This document shows positions 43,133-55,604 of a DNA stretch of 64,000 nt, piece by piece. Under the pieces are notes generated by a model. It ran no database searches, was not told where the DNA came from, and saw only the letters and a program-made list of their open reading frames with translations. Numbering within the stretch: the first letter of the stretch is position 1; each line of letters opens with the position of its first letter. Made by a program: the position numbers and the translations under genes. The stretch lies in contig JBODTK010000103.1 in NCBI GenBank assembly GCA_050613775.1, positions 248,001-312,000 on the forward strand, in the 5' to 3' direction. The DNA is from Neocallimastix sp. 'constans'. Lineage: Eukaryota.

Positions 43133-43971
43133 TTATTTTTTATAGTTTTTAAACTTCAAAATAAATTCAAATTATATCAAATTTTTTTATTGTACAATTA
43201 AAAATTAAGAATAATAATGATAAATAATAATGATAAATAATATAGATAAATAGTATAATTAATATAGAAAAATAAGATAAAAAAAAAAATGTATCCTCTT
43301 TGAAAATTCTCAAAATTTAAAAAAAAAAAAAAAAAAAAATAAAGTTTAAAAAATATAAAAATATTTTTGTATTTTATTATTATTATTTTTTTTTATCTTA
43401 ATTAGAAACTTTATTTTAAAAATAAGAATTATAAAATTATTCAAAAGTAATTAACATAATTTTTTTTTAATAATATAAACTCTATATATATTTTTTGTAT
43501 GTCTTAAATTTAATGAAGATAATAATTCAGTAAAAAAATAAAAAATAAAATAAAAAAAAAAAAAAAAAATAAAAAAATAAAAAAAAATAAACAAAATAAA
43601 ATAAATAAAAGATATAATAATAATAATTAATAATAATTAGTAGAAAAATGTATAAAAACAATAATTTAAAAATTATTATTATATTATTATTATTATATCT
43701 TTATTATATATACATTTAAATTTTAATTCTAATTATTTTCTTTATTATTAATCAAATTCATTAACTTTTTCTCTATTTTTTTTTTTTTTTTTTTAATTTT
43801 TTTTTTATTAATTTTTTTTTATTGTTAATTTTTTTTTTTTTTAAAAAAAAAGAGATTAAAATAAACTATAATAAAATAAAAATTAATAGTTGAAATATTA
43901 TGTAAAGAGTTTTTTTATTATTATTATAATTATCATTATCATTTTATTTCATACATAGAAAATTAAAAAAG

Positions 43972-44005
<34 letters not shown>

Positions 44006-44150
44006 AATAAAAAAGTAATATTTAATTTATAATATATAATATATATTTATTAATTAAATATATATATATATATAATACAAAATAAAAGAAAAGATATAGA
44101 AAGGAAAAAGGAAAAAGGAAAAAAGAATAAAGGAAATAGAAAAAAAAAAA

Positions 44151-44597
44151 ATGAGTGAAGTTGAACTGTCAAACCATGAAATAGTAAAAATTAAAATATA
44201 TATATATATATATAATTTTTATTTTATTACATTTTATTTTTTTTTTTTCATATGATAATAATTATATACAATATTATAATTGTTTTTATCATATATATAT
44301 ATATTTTTTTATTTATTATAAAATTTCAAAAAAAAAAAAAAAAAAACTTCTTGATTTTTGATATATTATTGTTATTAATATATTACCTTTTATTATTACT
44401 ACTATTTTATTATTATTACTATTTAATTTTTTTTAAATACAAATACTAATTATTTTAACACCTATTTTTTTTTATGTATAAAAATTTATATATATATATA
44501 CTTTTCTTCTATACTGTAATAATAAATAAATAATAAATAATAATAAAAAAAAAATGGGTATAAAAATTAAAATAACTATCATAATTTCAATGATTGA

Positions 44598-44633
<36 letters not shown>

Positions 44634-45173
44634 TATAATAATAATAAAATAATAAAATAAAGGAGGATGGAAAGGAACAATGTAATTATTTCAAAATATA
44701 AGAAAAAACAAATTTATATTTATATATAATATATATACATATAATATCAATAAAAGTTTATATTTTTTTATATGTAAAATATAAATGGTGATACTACAGT
44801 TATTTTAAAAAAAAGGAAATTTTTTTTTTCTTTTTTTTTCTTTTATGTGTGAAATATATAAATATATATTCTAATTAAATTATTTATTATATTATTATTA
44901 TTTTTTATTATAATATTATATATATATATATATTATAATTATATATTATATACATAATCACAATTAATATAATAAAAATAAAAATTAAAAATAAAAACTT
45001 TTTTTTTTTTCTGTATCAAATGAAAATATAACCATTACCACTCCATAATAATTAATAAAAATTCTAATTAAAATATGAAATTTTATTTTGGATATACGAT
45101 TGAATGATAAAAAAAAAATTTTTATATAATATATATACATATAAACTGATATATCTAATATGTAATTTAATTA

Positions 45174-45205
<32 letters not shown>

Positions 45206-48027
45206 TTAAATTTTATATAGTGGAGGATTCCCTTTTAAAGGAAACGTCCACAACAAAGCCAAGCTTAGTAAAGGATGAAAATGATGCTAACGAACCTAAT
45301 TTATTAGATAATGCTCCTAAAACGATGTCTAATGTTGAAGGTGGAAGAGTTGGTCGGGAAGAAGAAGAAAAAGAAGAAGAAGAAGAAGAAGAAGAAGAAG
45401 AAGAAGAAATATTAGATTCTAGTAATAATAAACCTAATGCCACCTCTAATGATACAACAGCTGCCGGAAAAGATAATTCTAAAAGAGTGAAAAGTGAGAG
45501 AATTGCTAATGCTGCTAATGATTATGCTAATAAGATAGCTAAGGAAAAAGAAACGGCACCCTCTACGGCAGCTACTAAACCTCCACCACCTCCTAATAAA
45601 GATAATACATTTAGTAATCGTTTAACTAGTTATTTAGCAGCTCTCAGTTCCGATGCTAAACCTATTCCTCCTTCCAGTGAGAGCAGAACCAAACCTTTAA
45701 TTACGACTAAAAATGAAAATTCTATTAAGGAAAGAGGTAAAATGTTAGAAAAGGAATTAAAAGATTTTGAAAATAATAAAAAATCAAATTCTATTAATGG
45801 TTCAGCGGCATCCATCAGTAAGACCCCGGCACCAGAAGTTACGCCTCAACTCTCCAATAAAAATAAACAAAATAAGGAACTGTTTGAGCAGATGGTAAGG
45901 AATCAACAACAGCAATCTCAACAATCCTCCTCTTCTCCATTAACTTCGCCTAATGACAGTAAAATACCTACGAGTAACCGAATTAGTATTAATGTGGATA
46001 AAAATTCACTTTCTAATAAAAATAAACAGACAAAACAAATGTTTGAACAAATGGCTAAAGGTCAATCGCCAACCCAATCTCCACAATCTTCTTCTACGTC
46101 TACTTCTTCTCCATCAGAGAGTAAAATTCCTATTAGTAGTGCTAGAATCCACGGCAAAAGAAGTTCCTTTTCCTCTTCTAATAATGGTACCCCCACTACT
46201 CCTAGTAAACAAGCCAAAGCAAAGGAAATGTTTGAACAATTGGCTAAAGGTGAAAGTCCAACCTCTGCCACCTCTCCCTCTAAATCTAATGCAATGGCAA
46301 GAGCAGATAGAAAATTTTCAACCTCCAGTACCACTTCAACCACCTCCAGTACCTCTCCTTCTAAATCTATGGTCAAAGGGGATAGAAAATTTTCAACCTC
46401 TAGTACCACTTCAACCACCTCCAGTACCTCTCCTTCTAAATCTATGGTAAAAGGGGATAGAAAATTTTCAACCTCTAGTACCACTTCAACCACCTCCAGT
46501 ACCTCTCCTTCTAAGTCCATGGTAAAAGGGGATAGAAAATTTTCAACCTCCAGTACCACCTCTACCAATTCTACTTCAACTTCTAAACCTATGTCTAGAA
46601 GTATCTCCTTTAGATCAAATGAGAATAATAATACTAGTGGCAGTATTAAGAAAAAAGAGGAAGAAGCTCCAATTAAAGAAGAGGCTCCAATTAAAGAAGA
46701 AGAACCAGTAAAAGAAGAAGCTCCAGTAAAAGAAGAAGCTTCAATTAAAGAAGAAGAACCAGTAAAAGAAGAGGCTCCACTTAAAGAAGAAGAATCAGTA
46801 AAGGAAGTAGTAGCTTCAGTTAAAAAAGAAGAAGAAGAAAAAGAAGAAAAGGAAGAAGAAAAAGAAAAGGAAATAGAAAAACTTATAGAACAAGAAAAAG
46901 AAAAAGAAAAGGAAAAAGAAAAAGAAAAAGTTATTGAAAACCCCAAACCAAAACCAGTAGAAACAGAAATTAAAAAAGAAACCAAACCAACGACCACCTC
47001 ACCATCCGAAGAACTTTCCATTAAAAATAAACAAAATAAGCAAGTATTTGAACAGATGGCCAATAAAGATAAAGATAAAGATAATGATAATGATAAGGAA
47101 CCAAAGCGTTCCGGCACCGTTCCAAATAATGAAAGTGCTGCAGCACTTGCCAATAAAAATAAGCAAAGTAAGCAAATGTTTGAACAATTGGCGAAGGAGC
47201 AACATGAAAATAAGCCATCCGTGACTAGTCCCACTCGATTTAATAATGAAGAATCTCAAGCGCTTTCCAACAAGAATCGTAAGAATAAGGAAATGTTTGA
47301 AGCGTTAGCGAACAAAGGTACATCAAGTAGTAATTTATCCTCCCAATCAAAACTCTTCTCCAGTACAGAGGTATTAGCCCTCAGTAATAAAAATAAGAAG
47401 AATAAGGAACTTTTTGAACAAAAATTCAATGGTAATAACGACAGCAACAACAATGACAATTCCACTACCGATAACAACCTAAACGGTATTAAAAAGGATA
47501 ATAATAAAAGTAATCGTATTTTAGAATTACAGCAGAGATTAATTGATGCGAATACCTATAAATGTACATGGGTGAATGAACCCAAAAAGTTTACGAAGAC
47601 GGAAATTACGAAATATGAGAATCTTTATATAGAAAGTGAAAGGAAATTGAAAGCCCGAGTACAACAAAAGAGATTGGAACAAGAAAGGAAGGAACAAGAA
47701 AGAGAAGCACTTAATGAAGAAAAAAGAGAAATGGAAATGAGAGAAAAATTACAAAAGGAACAGAAACAGAGAGAAGAAATGGCAAATCTTGTGAATGAAT
47801 ATACTAATAATAATAATAATAGCTATAGTAATAGTCAAAGTCATAAATATGATGATGAAGATGAAGAGAATGATGAATCTTCATTACCATCACATGAAAA
47901 TAAAGAAGATAATGTGGATGAAGTGGAGGAAGAAGAAGAGGCTCATGATAAAAAAGTAGAGAATACAGAAATGGAAGAAAAAATAAGTCATAATGAAGAA
48001 GAAGGAACAGAGGATGATGAAGATTAA
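44151..48027 (+). CDS. Large low-complexity protein (~952 aa) with seven NKNK-x-x-K-x-x-FE motifs and C-terminal coiled coil; function unknown
   Basis: The 935-codon open frame lacks its own ATG start. The model 44151-44183, 44663-44681 (19-nt microexon), 45221-48027 joins in frame (2859 nt): MSEVELSNHEI-EDGKEQ-LEDSLLK. Confidence 0.8.
46306..46560 (+). repeat. 75-nt (25-aa) coding tandem repeat, ~3.4 copies
   Basis: Units start at 46306, 46381, 46456 and 46531 and encode DRKFSTSSTTSTTSSTSPSKSMVKG. Confidence 0.95.
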
Positions 48028-48412
48028 AATATAGAAAGAAAGAATAAAAAAAAAAGTTAAATAAATCCTATTAAAATTTGATAAAAAAAATAAAATAAAA
48101 TAAAAAAGTTAAATAAATCCTATTAAAAATTAAAACAAAACAAAACAAAAAAAAAAAAAAAAAAAAAAAAAAAGATAAAAAATAAATAGATCGATAGATA
48201 TAGTATATAAAATAGAAGAAAAATAAAGAAAAATAAATCCTATTAAAAATTGAAAAAAAGAATAATAATAATAAAAAAAATATATATATATAATAAAATA
48301 AAAGATAATAAAAAATAAATAGATTATATAATATAGAAGAAAAAAAAATTTTTTTCAGTAATTAATATTTATATATATATTTAATAATAGATATAATTAT
48401 TATTAAATCACC

Positions 48413-48451
<39 letters not shown>

Positions 48452-51400
48452 TCATTGAAAATTGAATATATAAATTTTTATTTATAAAATAAAAAAGAAG
48501 AAAAAAAAATAGTATATAATTTTTTTTAAATAGAATGGATGATAATTTTAATAAATAATTAATATATATATATATAATATATCTTTATTCTAAATTAAAA
48601 CTTCATATAAAGTGATCATTTTTATTTATTTATTTATTTTTATTTTTATTAATATTAAAATTATAATTTTAATAGATTAATTTAAAAGTCAATTTTTTTT
48701 ATTACTTAAAATGAATATATATATAATATATATATATAATAAATTTGAAAATAAAAAAAAAATAATTTTATATATTAAATAAAACTTTTAAATTATAAAA
48801 ATAGTTGAAAATAAAATAAAATAAAATAAAATGAAAAAAAACTATCTAGAAAAATAATAATAATTATAATAATAATAATTTATTATAAATTATATATTAT
48901 TTTTATTATTACCAAAATTACCTTTTTTTTTTTTTTTTGTAAAAATCAAATATGGAATAATTTTCTTATTAATGAATTTTAGAATACTAAAGTAGGAAAC
49001 TTTAACATTGAATTTGAATTTGCATAAATATTAAGTAATTAAATATACCTGTGCAGATACGCACTTATATACATATAAATAAATATAGATATAAATCAAT
49101 GGCAAATGAATATTAATATATTTATATATATTAAATAATATTTAGAAAATTAAAAAATTAGAACATTTTTTTTTATGATCTATTTTAAACATGTGTATAA
49201 TTATTATTTTAAAATTTTTAATAAGAAAAGGTTAAAAAAAATTAGAATAATTAAATATTAATATTATTATATATATGGTATAAGTAATGAATATTATAAT
49301 ATTTATATTTAATTATGATTACTATTATACTTTTATAAATTATAAACATTTATGTTATTCCTTTATTATTTTAATTAAAAAATATTTTTTATCTTTTTTT
49401 TTTTTTTTTTTTTTCTTTAAAACTTTTTATTTATTTTTTTAAATTTTTTTATTATTATTTTTTTTTCCTTCTGTCATGTCACCAAGTCAGAGTAACACTT
49501 TGTGCAGTTAAACTATTCCATATATTATTATAGTATTCTAATAAATGATGAAAATTATATATATATATATATATATATTATTTTCAATAATAATAATAAT
49601 AAATGATAATAAATGATAAATGATAAATGATAATAAATAATAATAATAATTATAATAAAATTAAAAATAATAAAGAAAATAAAATAATTATTAGAAAAGT
49701 TTAATAATAAATTGAAAAAGAATATAAAAATTAAAAAATTAGTATTAAAATATATATATATATATATATATAATAAAAAAATTTTTTTTTTTATTTTAAA
49801 ACTATTTTATTTCAATGTTGAACAATAACTGCCTAAATAAAATAATAAAAGAAAATTTTTTTTTCATTATATATAAAAATAGAATATAGTTTCTCATAAT
49901 AAAATTCTTATTAAATCCGATTTTTTAAATAATATTCTGTTCAAAATTAAAAAAAAAAAAAAAAAAAAAATAATAATAACAAAAATAATGAATATTGAAT
50001 AGTTTAAGTGTTATATATATATATATTATTTTGTCATATTCTTTTATATATATATATTTATATTTTTTTTTATTAAAATTTATTAAATATTATTATCAAA
50101 TATAAAATTTTTTTGAAACTTTTCAAAATAATTAAAGTTATTTTCTTTGATGCCTTATTATTATTAATTATTATTATTGCTAGAAGAAAAAAAATTTTTT
50201 ATATATATTATTTATATCAGTAAAACCAAATAGATTATTATGAGATATTAAAGGAATAAATTCTTAACTTTCATTATTTTTTCCTCATAACACAAAACTT
50301 AATTAAGACAAATATGAATATAGCATTAGGACTTTAAATAAATATATATATAAATATATATATATTTATTAATATTTAAATAAATAAAATGTTTCATTAT
50401 TCATTTATATTATTATATTATTAAACATTAATTTCTTTTAAAAATTTTAATTAAATAAATATAAAAAAATCATTTAGTGAAAATAATAATTTATATATAT
50501 TATAGTTTTAAAAAAATATATATATAATTATATATATTTTGAATGCTATTTTTTTCCTTCTCTTGTTATTCTAATAAACTTTTTAAAAAAAAATTATATA
50601 ATAATATTAATAATACTAAAATTAATATTATTACTATAACTAACAATAATCAAACATACACAACATCTACTACTACTACTAATAATAATAGCTTAATATT
50701 ATAATTATTAAACTTTCGTTTTTTTTTTTTTTTAATCTTTTAAAATTTCTGTAATTTAATATTTAATATTAATTTCTGTAAAAAAAAATAATATATTAAA
50801 AATATGAATAGTCATAAGAAGAATAATAGTAATAAAATAATAATAAATAAAAAATGATAAAATTTGTTATATTTTTATTATTATTATTTTTTTTTAATTT
50901 ATACATAAAAAACGAAATAATAAAAAATAAACTTTAAAAAGTTATGCAGAGCTTATAAAACTTGAAAGAAAAGTCTAGCCTAAAGATTTACTTTTAATAA
51001 TTAACTAATTATAATATATACATAATAATTAGTATTTTATTTTAATTATAAAATATACTATATAGAACGACTAATTAAAAAATAATAATTAAAAAAGTTT
51101 TTATAGCATGTAATTAATAATAATTAATATTTTTATAATTAATAATAATTAATAATTTTCTTTTTTTTTTTTTTTTTTTTTTTTTGATCAAAAAAAGCAG
51201 TAAAATATAATTATAAAAATTTAAAAAAAAAAAAATTTTTTTTATATTTAAAACTTAAATTAATATATATTACATTTTATTAAAATAAAATAATTTTTTA
51301 TATATAAATTTAAATTTTTAGTATTTATAAAGTATTGAATTCATATAATATAAAAAATTAAATATTTTACTTTTTTTTATTTTATTTATTAGTCATTTTT

Positions 51401-52536
51401 TTTTTTTTTTTTATATATAAATATTTCTTTAGTTTTTATTTGTTTTCTTTTCTCTTTTCATTTTAAATCATTTATTAGTTTTATTAATATTTATATTTGT
51501 TTTTTTATAATATTTATTTCAAAGTATTATATAGTTCACTATTTTTATTTAATATAAGAGAATAATCTTTTATATAATTAAATAATAATACTATTATTAC
51601 TAATTATTATTTTTTATTTATAATCATATAAAAAATTCTTCCTTTAAAATTTACCTTTTTATATAAAATATTAAATCATTAATTACAAAAAATAATAAAA
51701 GTGTATATTAAAAAAAAATGAATCAATTTTTGAAGCTTAATTTATTAAAAGAAATAAACTTTTAAAATAAAAAAAAGCTTATTAATTCTGTTTTAAAAAT
51801 TTTAATTTTTTTAAATTTTTTTTATATTTATTTAAAATAAAAAAAAAATACAGAAAATTTTATTTTCTTAATTAATGGATTATCCATTCAAATGTATTAA
51901 AATTAAAATTAAATTAAATAAAGTATATTAATAATACACTGTAATATATAAAATATTTATATTGCTAGTCATCTGTTTTGTCATGTCACCCATTTCACTG
52001 GAAAAGGCTTTCACAAAAAAAATTTTTTTTATTATCACTTAATAATAAAAAAATTAATAAAAAGATTAAAACAAAAATAATAATTTTTTGTTTTAATCTT
52101 TTTTATTTTTTAATAATAGAATAATAATAACAATAATAATAATTATTATAATAATAATAATAAAAATAATAATTTAATAATTAAAATAAAATAAAAAAAA
52201 AGTTAGTTAATTAATAATAAAATATGGAATTTATATATGATAATAAACTAAAAGAAAATACTTTCTGTTTTTTTTTTTTTTTTTTTTTTTAATAGTAGAG
52301 AAAGCCAATATCATTTTTAAATATTTATTATTATTATTAGTAGTAGTATTAGTAGTATTAGTAATAATAGAATTTTTAAATTATTTTTAAAGTTTTATGA
52401 TTAAGTTTTAATTAATTTATATAGATCATCTTTTCTCTTTTTTAATTATTATGCTTTTTTTTTTTTCTTTTCTTTAAATTAAAATATAAGTAGTATTAAA
52501 AATAAAAATAAAAATAATTAACTCATTAAATTGTAT

Positions 52537-52750
52537 ATAAATATAAATATAAATATAAATATAAATATAAATATAAATATAAATATAAATATAAATATAA
52601 ATATAAATATAAATATAAATATAAATATAAATATAAATATAAATATAAATATAAATATAAATATAAATATAAATATAAATATAAATATAAATATAAATAT
52701 AAATATAAATATAAATATAAAAAAAAATATAAATATAAATATAAATATAA
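52537..52750. repeat. (ATAAAT)n microsatellite
   Basis: Direct reading; it produces the spurious (IN)n ORF. Confidence 0.95.
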
Positions 52751-53066
52751 AAACAGAAAAAAAAAACAGAAAAACAGAAAAAATCAGAAAAATCAGAAAA
52801 AAAAAATTTTTTTTAAAAAATTTAACTATTTAAATTAAATTAATTAATAATGCATTTAACACGTGAATCTTTCCTATATTAAAAATTTCCTTTTATATCT
52901 TTTTTTTTAAATCGAAACTCAAAAAAAAAAAAAAATTAAAATTTTAAAATTTTAAAATCTTTTTGTCAGTTTTTTTTTAATTTTTTTAAATTTTTTAAGT
53001 TTTTTTTATATGCAAAGATTCATTTAAATTAATTCATTTAAATGCTATATATGAATATCTTCTATA

Positions 53067-53264
53067 TGTTAAAAGTCAATAGTTTGGGTTTTATAATTAT
53101 GTCAACTTTATTAATATATTTTATGATAAAGAGCTGCAAATATTTAAATTTAATAAATTTACATGCTTTTATATTAATACATTGTGGCTCATACATTACA
53201 TATATAACAAATACATTTTAATACATTTAACGTATATTTCATATTTATTTCACATATTCTAACA
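53067..53264 (-). repeat. 3' LTR
   Basis: 198 bp with TG..CA termini, preceded on the minus strand by the polypurine tract at 53265-53274. Confidence 0.95.
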
Positions 53265-54154
53265 TTCCCCCCTCAAACCAAATTATTTTAAAAGAATAAT
53301 TTTGGTTTGAAAGTGAATATGTGTACTATGCTATTTCTATATCTATACCAATATTAATATGCTATTATTTAATTTTCATTAATTGTAATTTTATATACTT
53401 ATTTATATATTAGCTTGTTTTATTTTAACAACTATATTATTACCCTATATTAATATGACATTTTTGTGGTTAAACGTCTTAAAACCTTTATATTTTTATT
53501 ATGGGTAAAATTATTAATTATTATATTCAAGTTATATTTTTTCGGATTGGTTACTCTTATTTGTACAATCCTATTATTATATTTTGGCAACCTCATTGGG
53601 ACTTACGCCTAATTGACAACACATGGTTTACCTCTTTGGTTTTATGTCCTCTTGACAACTCATGATTTAACTCTCTGGTTTTTACGTCTATATTTATATT
53701 TGACAACTCTTATGGATAACCGCTATGGTTTCACGTCATTTTTTTTTTAATTATTAACTTGATTAGTTGTGAATAAATAGCCTTTAATATTCAAAAGTTG
53801 TTTATTTACTAATTAATGATTTAATTTATATTCTTTATTAATCTTCATTAAGAGTCTCAAAAATATTTGCATATTAATTTGTCACGTCTCTCATTTATTT
53901 TATACGTGTCTTATCTTCTAATTTATTATTTTATTTAGTATATTATTTATTTCAGGGGAATTTTCTTTCATAAAATACTTAATTTTTACGCGTTTTCATA
54001 TTCTTGAAACTTTAAGATCATTTTTCTTCAAATTAGATCAATCTTCACTAAAGTTGACATAATGACAACTTTTATCATAAATTCTGGATCCTAGGTATTT
54101 TAGTTGACATTTTTCTAGTCCGGCTAAGGATATAAATATTCCTTTAAAGAGTCG

Positions 54155-54169
54155 ATGAGACTCTTAATC
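54155..54169 (-). other. Primer-binding site complementary to the anticodon arm of tRNA-Lys(CUU)
   Basis: Plus strand ATGAGACTCTTAATC equals positions ~26-40 of the widely conserved eukaryotic tRNA-Lys(CUU) (..GAGCATGAGACTCTTAATCTCAGG..) and sits immediately next to the LTR. Confidence 0.85.
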
Positions 54170-54367
54170 TGTTAAAAGTCAATAGTTTGGGTTTTATAAT
54201 TATGTCAACTTTATTAATATATTTTATGATAAAGAGCTGCAAATATTTAAATTTAATAAATTTACATGCTTTTATATTAATACATTGTGGCTCATACATT
54301 ACATATATAACAAATACATTTTAATACATTTAACGTATATTTCATATTTATTTCACATATTCTAACA
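54170..54367 (-). repeat. 5' LTR
   Basis: 198 bp matching the other LTR, followed on the minus strand by the PBS. Confidence 0.95.
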
Positions 54368-54958
54368 CTATAGAGTTAATAAATAAATAAAAAAAAAAAT
54401 AAAAAGGAAAAAAAATTAAGTTTCAATGATTGAATCATTAAAAGATTACTTAAGTAGAATATTTTGGATGTGAAGTAGCTTTTTATATTAGAATAATTCT
54501 GTAATTCTGTATGTATAACATATCAATAAAACAAAAGTTTACTTTTGATAAATATAATAAATAAATAAATAAATAATTTTATTAATTTATTAATTCTTAT
54601 TTATGGATACTATTAATAACTTTTAATAATAATAAATTTAATAATTAAATAATTAAATAATTAAATAGAGCTTTAGTGCTTTATATATAAAAATTAATCA
54701 TTTAATGAAATAAATTTTTTTTTTCTTGGTTATTTTAAATATTAATATGAATTGTTTAGAATGTATAATACAATATATATTAATATATACATATATATTA
54801 TTTGAATGATTAGAAAGGCATTTTTTTTTCATTTATAAAAATATATATATATATATATATTTATAAATTAAATTTTATTTATAATTTTTTAAAAAAATTT
54901 TAGTTAAAAGAAAAATAAAAATAAAAATTTAAAGAATTGAATTATTACTATAGAAACA

Positions 54959-55025
<67 letters not shown>

Positions 55026-55569
55026 TTTAAAAATAATAATAATGAAACATTATTTAATTATTAATTTTTTATTTAATTTTTTTTTTATTTCTTTTAAAAT
55101 TTTATAATATTAATACATTAAAATATGTGAGTTTATGTGTTATGAATTATTTAGAAAACATCTAGAATATTTTTTTTTAATATTGACATTTAAAAAATTT
55201 AAAAAGATAAAAAAAAAAAAACAACTGAAATTTGATATCTGTCAATATCTTTTTTGGTAAAAGAAAGTATATATTATTACTATGTATAAATGCACTTTTT
55301 TTTATTTATTTAATTTTATAAAATTTGATTTATTATTATTATTATTTATTATATATTTCCTTAAATGAATAAGTAAAAAAAAGTACATAAATAATACTAC
55401 ATTTACTTAAATGTTAAAAAAAATTATGCATTTTTTGGTTTATTTTTTTTTTAAAAAAAAAAAAAAAAAGAAAGAGAAAACGAGAAAGAATCTTCGGAAT
55501 TTTTATTTTTTTAATTTTCTAATTATTGATTTTTAATATTATTTTATTTTATTTTATTTTATTTTATTT

Positions 55570-55604
<35 letters not shown>

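Larger units (their letters stand above)
53067..54367 (-). mobile_element. Intact non-autonomous LTR retrotransposon (TRIM-like, probably Ty1/copia-derived), 1301 bp
   Basis: Two 198-bp direct repeats (53067-53264, 54170-54367), identical by eye, with TGTTA..TAACA ends. 5-bp TSD CTATA (53062-66, 54368-72). Minus-strand PPT GAGGGGGGAA abuts the left LTR and the PBS abuts the right LTR. The 905-bp interior has no ORF. Confidence 0.95.

Noticed and set aside
45213..47477. Minus-strand and alternative-frame ORFs, including the 390-aa one
   Set aside because: Shadows of the low-complexity plus-strand gene; the hydrophobic S/F/L content is the mirror of E/K codons.
52531..52833. (IN)n ORF
   Set aside because: Translation of an ATAAAT microsatellite.
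54118..54170. tRNA-Lys gene
   Set aside because: Only 5'-half fragments, no T-arm or 3' acceptor strand; the position next to the LTR identifies it as a PBS.
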